Made by a program: the position numbers and the translations under genes. A stretch of 64,000 nt of DNA from assembly GCF_009914755.1 (NCBI RefSeq), contig NC_060932.1; one strand, 5' to 3'. Under the pieces are notes generated by a model. That model searched no databases. It was given only the letters and a program-made list of their open reading frames with translations, and had not been told where the DNA came from. This DNA comes from the human T2T-CHM13v2.0 reference genome, Homo sapiens. Positions 1 to 14,022 of the stretch are shown one piece after another (positions within the stretch are counted from its first letter, which is position 1; the number at the start of each line of letters is the position of its first letter).

Positions 1-1132
1 CACCTACTGAAAGGCATCTTGGTTGCTTCCAGGTTTTTGGCAATTATGCATAAAGCTGCTATAAACATTTGTGTGTAGGTTTTTGTGTGGATGTAAGTTT
101 TCAGCTTATTTGGGTAAATATCAAGGTGTTCTGTTGCTAGATCTTATGGTAAGAATATGTTTTGCTTTATAGAAAACTGCCAAATTGTCTTCCAAAGTGG
201 CTATATCATTTTGCATTCCCACCAACAATGAGAGTCCCTGTTGCTCCAAATCCTCTACCAGAATTTGGTATTCATGTTTTGGATTTCAGCATTCTAATAG
301 GTGTGTAGTGGTATCTAATTGTTGTTTTAATTTGCACTTCCCTGATGACATATGTTTATTTGCCATGTGTATACCTTCTTCGATGAGATGCCTGCTCAGT
401 TCTTTTGCTCATGTTTTAACTGGGTTGCTCATTTCCCTATTCTTGAGATTTAAGAGTTCTTTGTATACTTTGTATAAAATTCCTTTAAGTGACATGTCTT
501 GTGCAAATATTTTCTCCCAGTCAATGCCTTGTCTTTTCATTCTCTTTGTAGTGTCTTTGCAGATCAGAAGTTTTTAATTTTAATGGAGTCCAGGTCATCA
601 ATTAGTTTTTTCATAGATTGTGGCTTTGGTGTTGTATCTAAAAAGTTATTGCCATACTCGAGGTCATCTAGGATTCTCTCCTTTGTTATCTTCTGAGAGT
701 TTTATCGTTTTAAATTTACTTTTAGGTCTATGATGCATTTTGAGGTAATTTTTGTGAAGGGTTTAAGATCTATATTTAGATTCTTTTTTTGCAAATGAAT
801 GTCTGGTTGTTTCAGCACCATTTGTTGAAAAAAATTATCTTTCCTCGATTGCAATGTCTTTGCTCCTTTGTCAAAGGTCAGTTGACTATATATATGTGGG
901 TCTGTTTCCAGGCTGTCTGTTCTGTTCCATTGATCTGCTTGTTTATTATTTTGCCAATACCACGCCATCTTGATGACCATAGCTTTATAGGAAGTGTTGG
1001 AGTTGAGTAGTGTCAGTCCTCCAGCTTGTGTGTTCTTTTCCTGCAGTATTGTGTCAGCTATTCTGGGTCTTCTGCCTCGCTATAAAAGAATCAGCTTGTA
1101 GATATCCACAAAATAACTTGCTGGGATTTTGA
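1..1132 (-). mobile_element. Old L1 (L1M) fragment, ORF2 C-terminal/3' region
   Basis: ORF 702-980(-) gives VIKMAWYW..DQWNRT..PHIYSQLTFDKGAK, a degenerate L1 ORF2p C-terminus. Confidence 0.85.
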
Positions 1133-1340
1133 CATACCACAGATTGTTTATCTATTCACTTATTGAAGGACATCTTAGTTGCTTCCAATTTTTGGCAACT
1201 ACAAATAAAGGTGCTACAGACATTCGTACATAGGTTTTTGTGGGAAGAGGAAATCTACTCATTTGGGTAGACACCAAGGAGCGCAATTATTGGATCACAT
1301 GGTGAGACTATGTTTAGCTCATTAGGAAACTGCCATAGCT
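1133..1340 (-). mobile_element. Second L1M 3'-region fragment
   Basis: Homologous to bases 1-185 (gaaggacatcttagttgcttcca...ggaaactgcca). Confidence 0.7.
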
Positions 1341-1984
1341 ATATGTTTTTTGCATTTGTTCAGAGATTTTTCGTTACAATGTCACTAACATGATTAATCC
1401 TCAGAATAAACCTTTGGGTTGGGGGTTATTAGCCTTGCCTTCTGGCTAATGTTATTAAATGTTATTGCTGAAAGAAACCCTGAAGGTTCCTAAGCCTCTA
1501 AGCTTTCTGAGTGTGAGATCCACATCCCCTATCACTGCTCTTCTATGGCTTCCATGGCACCGTGAGTATAATAGTTGCTGAATTAGTGTCCACTACACAC
1601 TGAATACCAATAATGGAAAAACCACTTCACTGTACAGATGAAAACACAAAGGTCCCAAAACGAGAAATGAGATACTTCTGGCCAAACGGCATTTTAACTA
1701 GTAACAGAACCAAGGCTAAAACTAAACTATTGTAGATCCGTAGACCTGTATTTTGAGCCACCAGTCCTTGACTCGCTACATTCAAGCAAGACAAGCTGGA
1801 AGATTCTTAAATCTGTAATTAGTATTGTATTGAACACCCCCCCTCACTTTCAGGCCTACCCACTACTGACTGCCATTACCAGATAGCCCAAAGACGCCCA
1901 AAATGGTGTTCTAATCTGAGTACAAGGCCACTATAGCTACAAAGTCTCATAGGGTAATGAGTGATAATAGCAGTGACAACAATA

Positions 1985-2340
1985 ATAAAAATAGCCAAGA
2001 ATTATTGATTGCTTAGTATTGTCAGGGTCTTTGCATATATTATTTCATTTTACACTCATAGCTGCCCCTTGGTTCAACATCATTACTAGCCACAATTTAG
2101 AGATAAATAGATTGAGCTTTAGGGAGGTTAAGTAACTTGTTCGGGGTGCTACAGCTTTCAGTGGTAAAGCCACATGTGTGTCCATCCATTCTCGACTCCA
2201 CTTAGCAATGTACTACTTTACAGTTAAAATAATGAGATTTAGAGTTAGATGGACCTGCATTCGTATTCTGGAGCTGCCATATTGTCAGTCATGTGATCTT
2301 AACCTTGTGACTTCTAGCTGCAATGTTCCCATCATGGGGT
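1985..2340. mobile_element. MIR SINE fragments
   Basis: MIR core (gagctttagggaggttaagtaacttg). Confidence 0.55.
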
Positions 2341-2439
2341 AGCAACATCCATGGCAGACGCTGTCTCTTGTTACCTCAAAACCATTGCCTCCCACTGTAC
2401 AGAACATCAATATGTTCAAAGGGTTGGCAGGAGGCACCA

Positions 2440-2875
2440 AGTCTCAGGGAAGTCAGACTCTTATCCCAACCTGGTGACTGGTTTAAACTAGATATGGTAA
2501 TGGCAGGCAAGTTACCCAGTCTTGTTAGGAACAGTATGCTGAGGAGGGAGTCTCTTCTCAAATGAAAAGGCAAAGCCCCTTACAAAGGAAGCTTATTACT
2601 CCTTTCCTTTCTTCCTCCCTAGATCTTGGACATGATACCTGGATGTGCAGCAGCCATCTGGTAATTATGAGGTGACAAGTCAATAGACTGAGATGGTGGA
2701 GCAGCAAAGATAGAAAAGGTCTGGATTTTTTATAGCATTGTTGAACTGTTCCATCAGCCTAAGACAGTTGACTATCTCCAGACTTCTTGTTATGTACAAC
2801 ATGTCCTGTTGTTTAAGTCACTCTAACTTGGATTGTTTCTTATTTTCAGCTGAAATTATTTCTAATAGATATACA
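2440..2875 (+). mobile_element. MaLR LTR (MLT1J/K/L-like)
   Basis: gcagcagccatc...acttcttgttatg...gtttaagtcact...ctaatagatataca, typical MLT1 3' end. Confidence 0.6.
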
Positions 2876-2889
2876 GATTTCCAACAAAG

Positions 2890-3160
2890 CACAGTGTAGA
2901 GCAGCTTAACATGGTACCTATGTGCCAAAGTTCCAGAGCAAGAGTTCCTGGGTTCTAATCTTGGCTCTGTGGCGTGACTTTAGACAAGTCACTTAGCTTC
3001 TCTGTGACTCGCTTTTCTCATGTATAAAATGCTCAGTAACTGTGTATTGACTGTTGAATAAAGGATAATAGTGATACTGAATTCATATGATTGTTAGGAT
3101 CATCGAATGGCTAAACATTTTATAAAATGATTAGAACATCGCTTGGCGCATTGTAATTGG
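2890..3160 (+). mobile_element. MIR SINE
   Basis: ctgggttctaatcttggctctg...gtgactttagacaagtcacttagcttctctgtg. Confidence 0.65.
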
Positions 3161-3859
3161 CTGCAGATGTGCTTGTCAAAGTAAAATTAAAAGAAAAGTA
3201 GTCACTATTATAGGCCTGGGTTTGCATCTTGATCCCATCATTGGGCCACTTGTGGTATTTAAGCAGAACCTTCACCCTTTCACTACTGAGGCTCATAGAG
3301 CATGAAACTCCCCCTAAAATCTGTCTCAAAGCAGCCACAATGGTGGTTTCTTTTTGACAAAAAAAGGCTCCTTAGAGAACGTTGGCTTGCAAAGGAGAGG
3401 CTGTGACTACCAAGTCGTGTCAACAACTGAATGGCTGAAATACCCAAACTTGCCCATGCAAATGGGCTTGGGTCTCTCCTGGCAGCCGCCTTTGAAGGCT
3501 CTAGACTTATCTGTGAACTCCTTTTTTGAGAGGGTCTTTCCAACTAGTGGTTTATTCTTTGACTCTCCTCATACCTTTTTTGCCAGAGAGTGAGAGTGAG
3601 AAGGGAGGGCTAATGCCTGAGCTCCTGCCCTTTCTATGCAGTGAGGGTCAAGATCCTCAGCTAGTGTTTGAGGGAACTGGTGTAACCTGGGTCTCTCATT
3701 TTCTACCATCCAAGTTGCCACCTCTGTCGGGGTCCCACTCTAATTTGGGCAGCCACTAAGCAATATTTTGAAATATACCTTGTTCATGAGTTTAAAGGAT
3801 CAACTGGTAGGTGTGTCCATTAGCAAATCCTATGGAACAAATATCTGCTCTTTTTACCC

Positions 3860-4512
3860 CCTACTTACCTTCTCCACCAAGGACAGTTCAGACAAAGTTG
3901 TCACCACCTTTAGCCTGATTTACTGCAGGAGCCTCCTAATCTATCTTCCTGTTTCTACTCTATCCTTTATCCCCCCCTTGGCAGCCAGGGGATCCTTTAA
4001 AAATGTGAACCAAAGCATGAGACTAAACCACTCAAAATCTTCCCATGGATCTCATCTCAGATTAAAATCCTAAGTGCCTTCTCTGTCCTTAGTGAACCCC
4101 AGGTGCACCCTTCCTCTGCCACTTTCCCCCTTGTTTATTCTACTTTCCACACTGGCCTCCTTGCTGTGGGCCAGACATATCTGAGACCAGTGTGGCTTCA
4201 GGGCTTTTGCACATACGATTTTCCTTTTCTGGAACACTCTCTCTTCCTTGCACATCTGCCTGGCTCTCTGCTCAGATGTCAACTCTCAGAGAGGCCTTTT
4301 CTGACCACTCCCTCTAAAAGAGTTTCCCCCGCCCCTCATTTCCCATCATTATCTGTAGTACTGATGACTTGCAGATGTTATTACAAATTTGGTTATTTTT
4401 TGCATCCTCCAGCAAAATGTAAGCCAAGTGAAGAATGAGGTATCGTTTTGTTCATCAAGGAATCCACAGAAACCAGAACATTCTGTAGCAGGTGATCACT
4501 AAATATTTGTTA
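3860..4512 (+). mobile_element. L2 LINE 3' fragment
   Basis: L2 motifs (gcagccaggggatcctttaaaa; cagggcttttgcacat; taaatatttgtt end). Confidence 0.7.
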
Positions 4513-4849
4513 AACTACAAAGAGCCATTTTAGGTTAGAAATAAGGTATAGCTGACAGAATTCTAAGCCTGATGTTTCTTATGAGCCTGCTAAATTGGCC
4601 CTGAAACCACTTCCCAGAAAGCTCTAGATATGTTCTGAATAATGGGAGCAATGCTGGACCAGTGTTTGAGGTTCCAAAGTGAATACATGAAAGTGAAAAT
4701 GAAGCTACATGTGACTGGATGAACCCTCTTGCATTGGTTTAAAAATCCTATTCATCATGATTAGTTCACGCTCTCTTTTTCTTGCTTTGCTCCCAGGCAC
4801 CAGACAAGTCATTCCAAATATGGGGTCTTGGTACCAGTCAGAACGAGGT

Positions 4850-5313
4850 TCCCATCTGTGGTGGTTTAAAAACAAAATGACCTTGTTCCTTGATATTCTT
4901 TCCATTGAAAGATGGGATATATGACTTTTCCTTGAGTCTGTGCAGGCTTGTGACTGCTTTATGCAGCTCCTGCCTGGTTTTCTGAGCATAATTATTCCAG
5001 GGAAAGCACTGGGACTGTCAAGCCGAAGAGGTCCCTGGTGGGTGCTCTTGTTTGTAGCCTCAGCTGAGCTCCCAGCATCAGCCAGCAATCCTGAGAGCCG
5101 CCATCTTGGATGCACATGTAGGCCCTCTGCACCTTCAAAAGTCCGCGGCCCGGCTGACATCTGACTACAAGGGCATGGAAAACTCCAAGTGAGAAGCACC
5201 CAGCCAAGCCCATCCCAAATTCTTGACCAAAAAAATCATGCAACATGAAACAATTATTGTTTTACAACACTAAGTTTTGCAGTAAATATGTAATCCACAA
5301 TAGTAATGAGAAC
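4850..5313 (+). mobile_element. MaLR LTR (MLT1G/H-like)
   Basis: ccatcttgga...cccagccaagccc...ctaagttttgcagta...atagtaatgagaac. Confidence 0.55.
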
Positions 5314-5504
5314 CCCACCTTAACTCTTCCTCCTATGTACTAGGCAATCATGAGAAAAACCTTTTTTTTTAACACTCTGGGCATCAGGTTTCTCATCTGT
5401 AAGTTAAGAGTGATAACATATATTGATGTGGTTGTTGTTTCAAGCAAAAGCAAGTTTTGTCCAAAACCTAGCACGCTTCTCCACACAAACAATATTTTCT
5501 CAAA

Positions 5505-5670
5505 CTTAAGATGCTTTCATTTTACGACTCACCCTTAATTCATGTGTACTAAGAAAGAAACAAATGCTTCCAATTAAACTACTGCATTACTGTATGCCAC
5601 TGGTTGTAGGACACATACCTGTTTTGGAGATATTGAAATTTGAAAAGATGTATGTCTTAGCATCTTTGAT
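5505..5670 (-). mobile_element. MER104-like Tc2 DNA transposon fossil
   Basis: ctaagaaagaaac...aattaaacta...atgccactggttgtaggacacat...ggagatattgaaatttgaaaagatgtatgtcttag resembles the MER104 consensus. Confidence 0.55.
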
Positions 5671-7394
5671 TTAAAGACTGATTAACATAAGCACCTAGCT
5701 AAGCCCAGGCAAAAAACGAGATCCCCAAGATTAGAGTTTGTGAAGTGTAAGAGGAGACATTAAAGCAAATGTACCTTTGTATGAATGTCTCCAATCTGCC
5801 ATTCTGTTTTATACGATAAAACACAAAGATTAGTACAGACATCCTTGTGGTCCAGACAAAAAGTGCCTTCCTTGTCAGCCGTCGAATGGTTAGAATTCAA
5901 ATGACATCATGTCACAGTTATTGAGCCAAAATGTATTTTGCAAAAGGGATGAAGTCAGATCCCTAAATCTGGCTGTGAGTCGATAAGTTGTTTTCAGCAG
6001 TAACTCATCCCTAGTAATAGTAATAGTCCAAGCCCCATTTCTCTTTGGTTCTTGAGAATTTCCTTTTTTTAGGACACGAACTAGTAGTTCCTTGAGTATT
6101 CCAGCCAATGGGCAGAGGGGGGTCTAGGCAGTGGGCAAAAGGATGACACAGGGAGACCCAGGGCCACATCTAGGGGGACAGAAGCATAAGCATCAGCTTC
6201 CTAGCAGGCTTGACGTTAAGTGTTCACATGGAGCTCTGCAGTTAGTACGGCTGCCCCAAGTGCTACTATGCTAATCCTCATGTGAAAGGCAAACCTACTT
6301 CAGGACAAGAGGGGTTAAGTCTCTTCCCCAAAGTCACACAGCTTGATTATGTCAACTTAGACCATCAGACACCAGAGCCTGTACTTATACCCACAGCACT
6401 GTACTAACAAGAATGTTTGCAAAGACACAGAAATAGTCATAAAAGGCTCCAACAAACCCAAAGCTCACACCACAACAGCTGTCTTGTCAGCTTTACCTAA
6501 ACAGAGAATTTCTTTTCATCCATACCATCTTACTTTGTTCAGTATGGGTTTTCCGATAAGGATGTTCTTACCTCCTTCTCTTTCTGGTAAAAACCAAAAC
6601 ATCCTTCAAGACCCAGCTCAAATGGAACAGCTTAACTCCTTGTTCCTACAGGGTGGGCCCTGGCTGCGTTTGGCTCCAGCATATTGTCCCTTGGGCTGCA
6701 TGGCTGGCTCTCCTGGAATTGTTGGGAGTGGTTTCTGTTGATTACTCCTATTGGACTGGAAGTTTCTTGAGGTTCTGGAGTTAGACTGAGTTTGACTCTA
6801 TGATTTACAGCTATGTCCTTGGACAAATGTCTTAGCTTTCCTGAGCTTTAATTTTCTTATCTACTTCCCAGAATTGTCATAATGCAGCGTCTTTGCTTAG
6901 GTTGCACGATCAGTGCCCAATATTGTTTACTGTTATGTGATTGGCAATAGTGGAGCATCTTTGTGCATTATCTCAGTCTTCAATAGCCCTCTGAGGTAGG
7001 TTCTTTCACTACCACCCCTTTTTCACAGATGAGGAAACTGAGGTGAAACTTCTTGCCCATGGTTCCACAGCTCAGATGTGACAAAACTGGGCTGTAATCG
7101 TACCTTTTTAAACTCCCTTCCCTCGGTGGAATCCCAGTGAGAGCCTCCATGAACTGATTGCCAAGGATGTTTTGTCATGTATCAGTCTCTTTAGATGTCT
7201 TTTAATTCAGATCTTAATTTTCCACTCATTTGTGCCTAGGTGACATTATCCTAGTTTGCCGGAAAATGATGCTGCAACCAGCTTTGTCTCTGTAAACTGT
7301 GGTTGTTTACACATTTCAGGCATCTGGCAATAATGTGTCCCTCCCCCAGGCTGTTATGCGTGGCAGATTATTAACACCACAACTGCCGTTTTAG

Positions 7395-7930
<536 letters not shown>

Positions 7931-9038
7931 GCTACTTGTTTTTTTTCCCTCAAGACATAACAGTTAAATTCCCCAAACAAAACAAGTTTGATTTTATTTG
8001 CCAGAAAATATTCTGAGTAAGCAGAACAAGATCCATTACTAAATCAAGCCTCACCCCATACCTGGGCAGCCCCCTCAGCAAGTTAGGTGCCTTGTTTGGC
8101 AGAATGGTGGAGGTCTTCCTGTCTAAGCATGGATCTCGTGAAAGCCCATGGGCTCAGCGCAGGGGCCAAGGTTAATTCACGGTCCCAGCTCGTGGCGCAG
8201 ACTTGCCAGTGAAAGACACACTCAGGGCTTCAGCAATGTCCTTGGCTGCTGGTTTACCTTCACTTTCAGCAGCAGCAGAGGGGTTGGTCATACCTGAGGT
8301 GGAGAAAGATGTTGGGGCAGGGGTTGGGGGATGGAGGTAATATTATTGAAAGCCTACTTTGTGCCAAGCACTGAGCGAGGTTCCCCATTTGCAGGTATTC
8401 GGGGATTGTCTACCTACTTACTATTGTTAACTTCTAGTTTCTTTCCATTGTCCTCAGAGTAGATGCTGTGCACGACTTCAGTCCTTTGAAAGTGGTTGAG
8501 GTTATTTTATGGCTCAGTGTCCTGTGACGAATGTTGCATGTGCACCTGAAAAGAATGCATCCTCTGCAGTTTGGGGATGGAGTGTTCCATAAATATCAAC
8601 TGTGAAAGGTCCAGTACTCAGCTGGTATAGACTCACTGTTCAAGAAAAACTCGTTCTTTCACTTATTGCCATGATTACCAGATACACCCACAAGCAAGAG
8701 GCTATTTTGCTAGTTGTGTAGACCAGCGGTTTCGGGAGAGAATGTAGTCTTCACTCTGCAGTGAGCTCAGAGGAGGAGAGAGGGGAAAAGTCCATGTGGG
8801 TGAGAAGGCACTGCCAGGCCCTGACCCCAGGAGGCAGGTGCTGTGCCAACTTGTCCTCCATGTGGCCCAAATAAGAAGAAAAGGCCAAGAACTCTAAACA
8901 GATCACTGAGGCCAGGGGAAAATATCTTGAGATTTGCTGGAGGGAGGGAAATTTACCCATGGAAATGAGAGAAGTTATGTGTGGTAAGACCCCTTCTCAT
9001 CTCAAGCACAGCCAAAACTGATCTGATCAGAGACCTAC

Positions 9039-9440
9039 TGTCTTAGTCCATTTTGGCTGCTACAACAGAATACTGTAAGACTAAGTTTACTTCTCATAGT
9101 TCTAGAGGTTTGGAAGTCCAAGATCAAGGTGCTGACAGATTCTGTGTCTGGTGAAGGCCCAGTTCCTCGTTCATAAATGATTGCTTTTTTGCAGTGTCCT
9201 AATGTGAAGGAAGGGGCAGGAGAGCTCTCTGAGGTCGCTTATATAATGGTACTAATCTCAGTCATGTGGGGTCCACCGTCATGACCATCACCCCCCAATA
9301 ATGGTAGTAATCCCAATCATGAGGAGGGCTCCACTGTCATGACCATCACCCCCAAAAGGCCCCACCTCCCAATACCATTACCCTGGAGGTTAGAATTTCA
9401 GCATATGAATTTTGGGAGGACACAAATGTTCAGTCTATAA
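9039..9440 (-). mobile_element. MLT1A-like MaLR LTR
   Basis: tgtcttagtccattttggctgct...ggaagtccaagatcaaggtg...gggaggacacaaatgttcagtctataac. Confidence 0.8.
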
Positions 9441-9789
9441 CTGGGATGCAAGGATTCAACATTGCCCCTGCCCTTCTGGAATTTGCAGGCCATGAGGGCA
9501 TACAGATAATTAAACACACAATTACGCATAGCAGGGTGTGGGGGGGGTCATAATTGGAAAAGTATGTTGAGATTAGAAGAAAATCATTCTTTCTTTGTTT
9601 CTCCCTCTCTCTTTCTCTGTTACACATATTTGCAGACAAACCAGGAGGATTTCCACAGGGAAGCTGAAAGGGGAAAACAACAGGATCCTATCTATAAGCC
9701 TATTAGAAACCGTTAGAGAATGATTTCATGAAGAGTAAGGAACATGTGAGTTCGCTAGGGCCTCACCCACTAGGATCAGGAATGCTTGG

Positions 9790-9935
9790 AACGTTTTTTG
9801 TACCATAAACCCTTTTGGCAAACTAGAGAAGCTATGGACATCTTTTCAGAATAATGCTTTTAAAATGCATATAACAAAATCCTCAGATTTTATTTCAAAG
9901 GATTGCAAAGAAAACCAATTGTGTTGAATTCAGTT
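9790..9935. mobile_element. hAT-Charlie-type fossil
   Basis: ccttttggca...ctatggac...tcagaataatgcttttaaaatgcat motif. Confidence 0.45.
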
Positions 9936-10764
9936 CTATGCATAGGCCTTCCCCTCCACCTCACTCAATCTATGGGATGGGGACCTGAATGTTTATGGAC
10001 TAGTGGGGAGATACTTTGCAGAGAAAGAAAAAAGTCTTTCCCAGGGCCAGCAGTTTTCTATATTTATGGAATTCGTTACCTCCAAGGAGGGCCTGACTGG
10101 AGTTTTTACTTTCAAATAGGTTTGGGTAACTCCACGCAAGACTGTCTTTACCTGCCTTTGGTGAGCTTATGGTTTCTGTTTCTTTTCTCAAAAGACTGCG
10201 TGCCCAAACTTCCAGAAAGCAGACATATTGATGCAGTTGAATTGCCCACCTTTTACATTTCCCTTATTGTTCCATGGATGGAGTATAATGAATTGGCAAT
10301 GGAGGGAAGAGAAAAGTTAAAGGCTGACTTTGATGGGGGGCTAAGTCCTCAGAGAACGTGTTTCTTAGGGAGCCTTTTGTCACTTGTTAGGCTTTGGAAT
10401 CCTCTTTGGGAGTTCACCAAACAGAGAGTGCAGCCCAGGAGGATGGGGGGCTGAGGAGAAGTCAGAGGTTCAGGGAGGACCCAGGTCATATTCTGGGAGG
10501 TGGCAGGGGCTGTGGGTCCCATGAGATCAGACACTAGTTATGAAGGAACTACTGGCAGACACTTTGCTCATTAATGTCACCCCCCATGCTCATTACCACC
10601 CTAGGACCTGGGGTCCCCACTATACCACTGAGACAACAGTTGCTGAGCATAGTTAATTCAAGATCATCCAGTGAGCAGCAGTGGAGCTAAGATCTGATTC
10701 CACATAATCTAGGCTCCTAAATATTTTTTTTTCTATTGCCACATGCCCAGCGACCTTCCTGCGG

Positions 10765-11000
10765 CATGGAGGTCGTGGGTGCAGCTTGTGGAGTCAGGTT
10801 GCCAGGTTTCGAGTCTAGCTCCTCTATTTAAATAGCTTGATGATCCCAGGTCAGTTCCTGATCCTCCTCTGTAAAATGGGAATAATTTTTTCACCTTTCC
10901 CACAGACTTTCCTGGGGGATTAAAGGGAGAATGTATCTAAAGCTCTGAGCACACGTGCCTAGCATGTGAGTGCTCCGTGAATGTTAGTTACTGTGATTAT
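10765..11000 (+). mobile_element. MIR SINE
   Basis: ggagtcagg...ctctgtaaaatgggaataat...gtgctccgtgaatgttagtta. Confidence 0.65.
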
Positions 11001-11118
11001 TTTTAGCCCAGCAGGACAGGGAGGAGTGTTAGGTCCCTGGGGGCGATCACTCCTCTGTTTACTCCTCGGACTGTCCCGGCCTGGCAGGCGTTCATGAGTT
11101 TGTTTCTCCTGTCCCAAG

Positions 11119-11225
11119 GTTGCCCTGGTGCTCTGCAGTGGCAGGGCTGAGATGATTATACAACCTGCACTCCAGGCCAAGTCCGGTACTCGTCCCAGCT
11201 GTCGGCTAAGCCTGCACTGCTATGG
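11119..11225 (+). ncRNA. PVT1: Candidate alternative PVT1 exon
   Basis: Acceptor tgtttctcctgtcccaAG, strong donor TGG|gtgagg; unique, relatively CpG-retaining sequence; resembles a PVT1 isoform exon from memory. Confidence 0.5.
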
Positions 11226-12279
11226 GTGAGGGAATCACTCCTCTCCAGCTGGCTTTCTCACGCTGGAGAAGCCTGACCTTTATTCAGAATCATCCTCCAG
11301 CGCCCACATCACACAGCACCCTGGCTCACCCGCTCCTCCCCCAACATGTCCTTTACATTCTCATCTGGGGAGATAATGGGGCTCCAGTGTCCCCAAGACA
11401 GCTGCTTTTCCTTTCTTCTTCATTCGTGATAACTCTCTGTTCTCCAGAAGTGCTGCTTAGACTCTAGAGGGATACATGAAAGAGCGGTAAGGTGACAAAG
11501 AAAACAGCTGGGTTCAATCCTGGCTGCATACTCAGTGTGGGACAGAACAAGTGCTCTACCTTTAAAGTTACTTATCAGGATAATATACAGTATTTCATGT
11601 ATATATACATACATTTATAATATGTAATAAATTTTTGTAAAGTTGTGAGGATGGTAAAAGCTTAGCCCAGTGCCTGGCACATCATAAGCACCCCACAGGT
11701 GTCAGCTGGCATCATTAGCAGTCATAGGAAAACTCAGGGTATGTCTCCATTCCAGGCTTTGTGGCATATGGGTCTCAGTGTCCCCATTGTCCTGTGGGGT
11801 TGCTGAGAGCTGTCCTCATAAGATTGTGAGGGTGGGAATATGAGAGGAGTTTGAGAAAGCTGAAGCCTAACAGGTCAACAACCGGACTGAGCTCTCCCCT
11901 TCTCCCCTGGGCCGTGTGCAAGCTTTGGGCCTGGTGGTGACACCTAACTCTCCATCCCACCTGGCGGGCCCAGCTGACCCTCCCAGTGCAGGGGCTGGGA
12001 AGCTGCAAAGAACCCTTAGGCTCAGAATTTCCTGCTGTCAGCCAGCCCCCCTGCTGTTTCCCATTTATTTTTCTCTATCTCCTTTTCCATCTCCCCTTCC
12101 AGCACCTTCTGAAACTCCCTAGTCCTGTACTACCAACACACCAACCTTTGCTTAATTGTCACGTCAGACAGATGGCTCAGGTGTCCCCAGCTCCCTGAAG
12201 CTCTTCCCTTCCCCTCCCCTGGGCAGGGGCCTCAGGCCTTCCTCTGACTGATCCAGCCCACCTCCCAGTGTCCATACTA

Positions 12280-12715
12280 TTAGGTTGGTGCAAAAGTAAT
12301 TGCAGTTTTTGCCATTACCTTTAATGGCAGCCCCGGCACCCTGGCCATTGGCCCCTGGACAGCTGTTCACTCCCTTCTCAGGCTTGCTGGGGACACATAC
12401 GTCATGCCCTGAAGCGTTCCGGAACCGGTAGGGGCTGCCTGTCCTGCCACTCACCCACTCCAGCTAGGAACTCCTCAGTGGGCAAGATAATTGAGCCCAG
12501 GTTGAATTATGACGTTCACAGGTAAGAAGCAGGGTTCAGATGAGGGCTGGGTCTACAGCCAAGTGTGGGAGAGCTGGTGAAAGCCTTGAGAGAGGCAGAG
12601 ACTGGCCAGCCTCACCCTGCATTCCCAATCCCCTCCTCTTTGTCAAAATCTTACTCTCAGCATGGTGCCATTACCTTTAATGGCAAAAACTGCAATTATT
12701 TTTGCACCAACCTAA
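12280..12715. mobile_element. MADE1 (Hsmar1-derived MITE) split into two arms by a 336-bp insert
   Basis: TA|TTAGGTTGGTGCAAAAGTAATTGCAGTTTTTGCCATTACCTTTAATGGCA (12280-12329) and TGCCATTACCTTTAATGGCAAAAACTGCAATTATTTTTGCACCAACCTAA|TA (12666-12715). Confidence 0.9.
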
Positions 12716-13089
12716 TAACTTTTGCACCGCCAGGAGATCTCCTGCCATCTATTCAGTCTTCCATCCCGCTCTCTGGGGCTTTATTCTTTCTGTTCTTTCT
12801 GCTTCTTGCTGCGCACGGTGCCCCCACCTCCTGTGGCTGAAATGCTGCCCTCTCCCATCCTGCCCAGATGCCTCTTCCACCAAGCTTTTCTGACTGCCGC
12901 ATCTGGAATAATATATATATGCAACTTTAAGATCTGTCTTTCTTTTTTGATCTTTTCATATTTTTTTATTTCTATTTTGGTTATTTGCTGCCATGTTCCT
13001 TAAGGAAAAGATTCTACCCTCACAATGCCTAAGCAGCTTGGATCACGGAAAGAGCTTGGGCTTCTCTCCCCACTTCTGTTTTCTCATCA

Positions 13090-13808
<719 letters not shown>

Positions 13809-14022
13809 GCTCTGCAAGGAACCAATGAATAAGTGATTGAATGATTGAATGGATAAAGGCCTTTACTGTTCTACTTGAGGCTGTCAAAATGGATAGGTTT
13901 TTGCTACAGTCCTCACCACCCCTCTTAATGCCATGTCAGCAGCATGGCATATGGACCTGCAAACCCAGGCTCTGCATCAGGTTGCCAGGTCACCTAAATG
14001 ACAGCTGTGAATTCTTCTAAAA

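Noticed and set aside
702-980. ORF with L1 ORF2p similarity
   Set aside because: Degenerate fragment of a dead L1, not a functional CDS
9903-10454. Longest ORF (183 aa)
   Set aside because: Non-ATG start, begins in a DNA transposon fossil, no recognisable domain; intronic chance ORF
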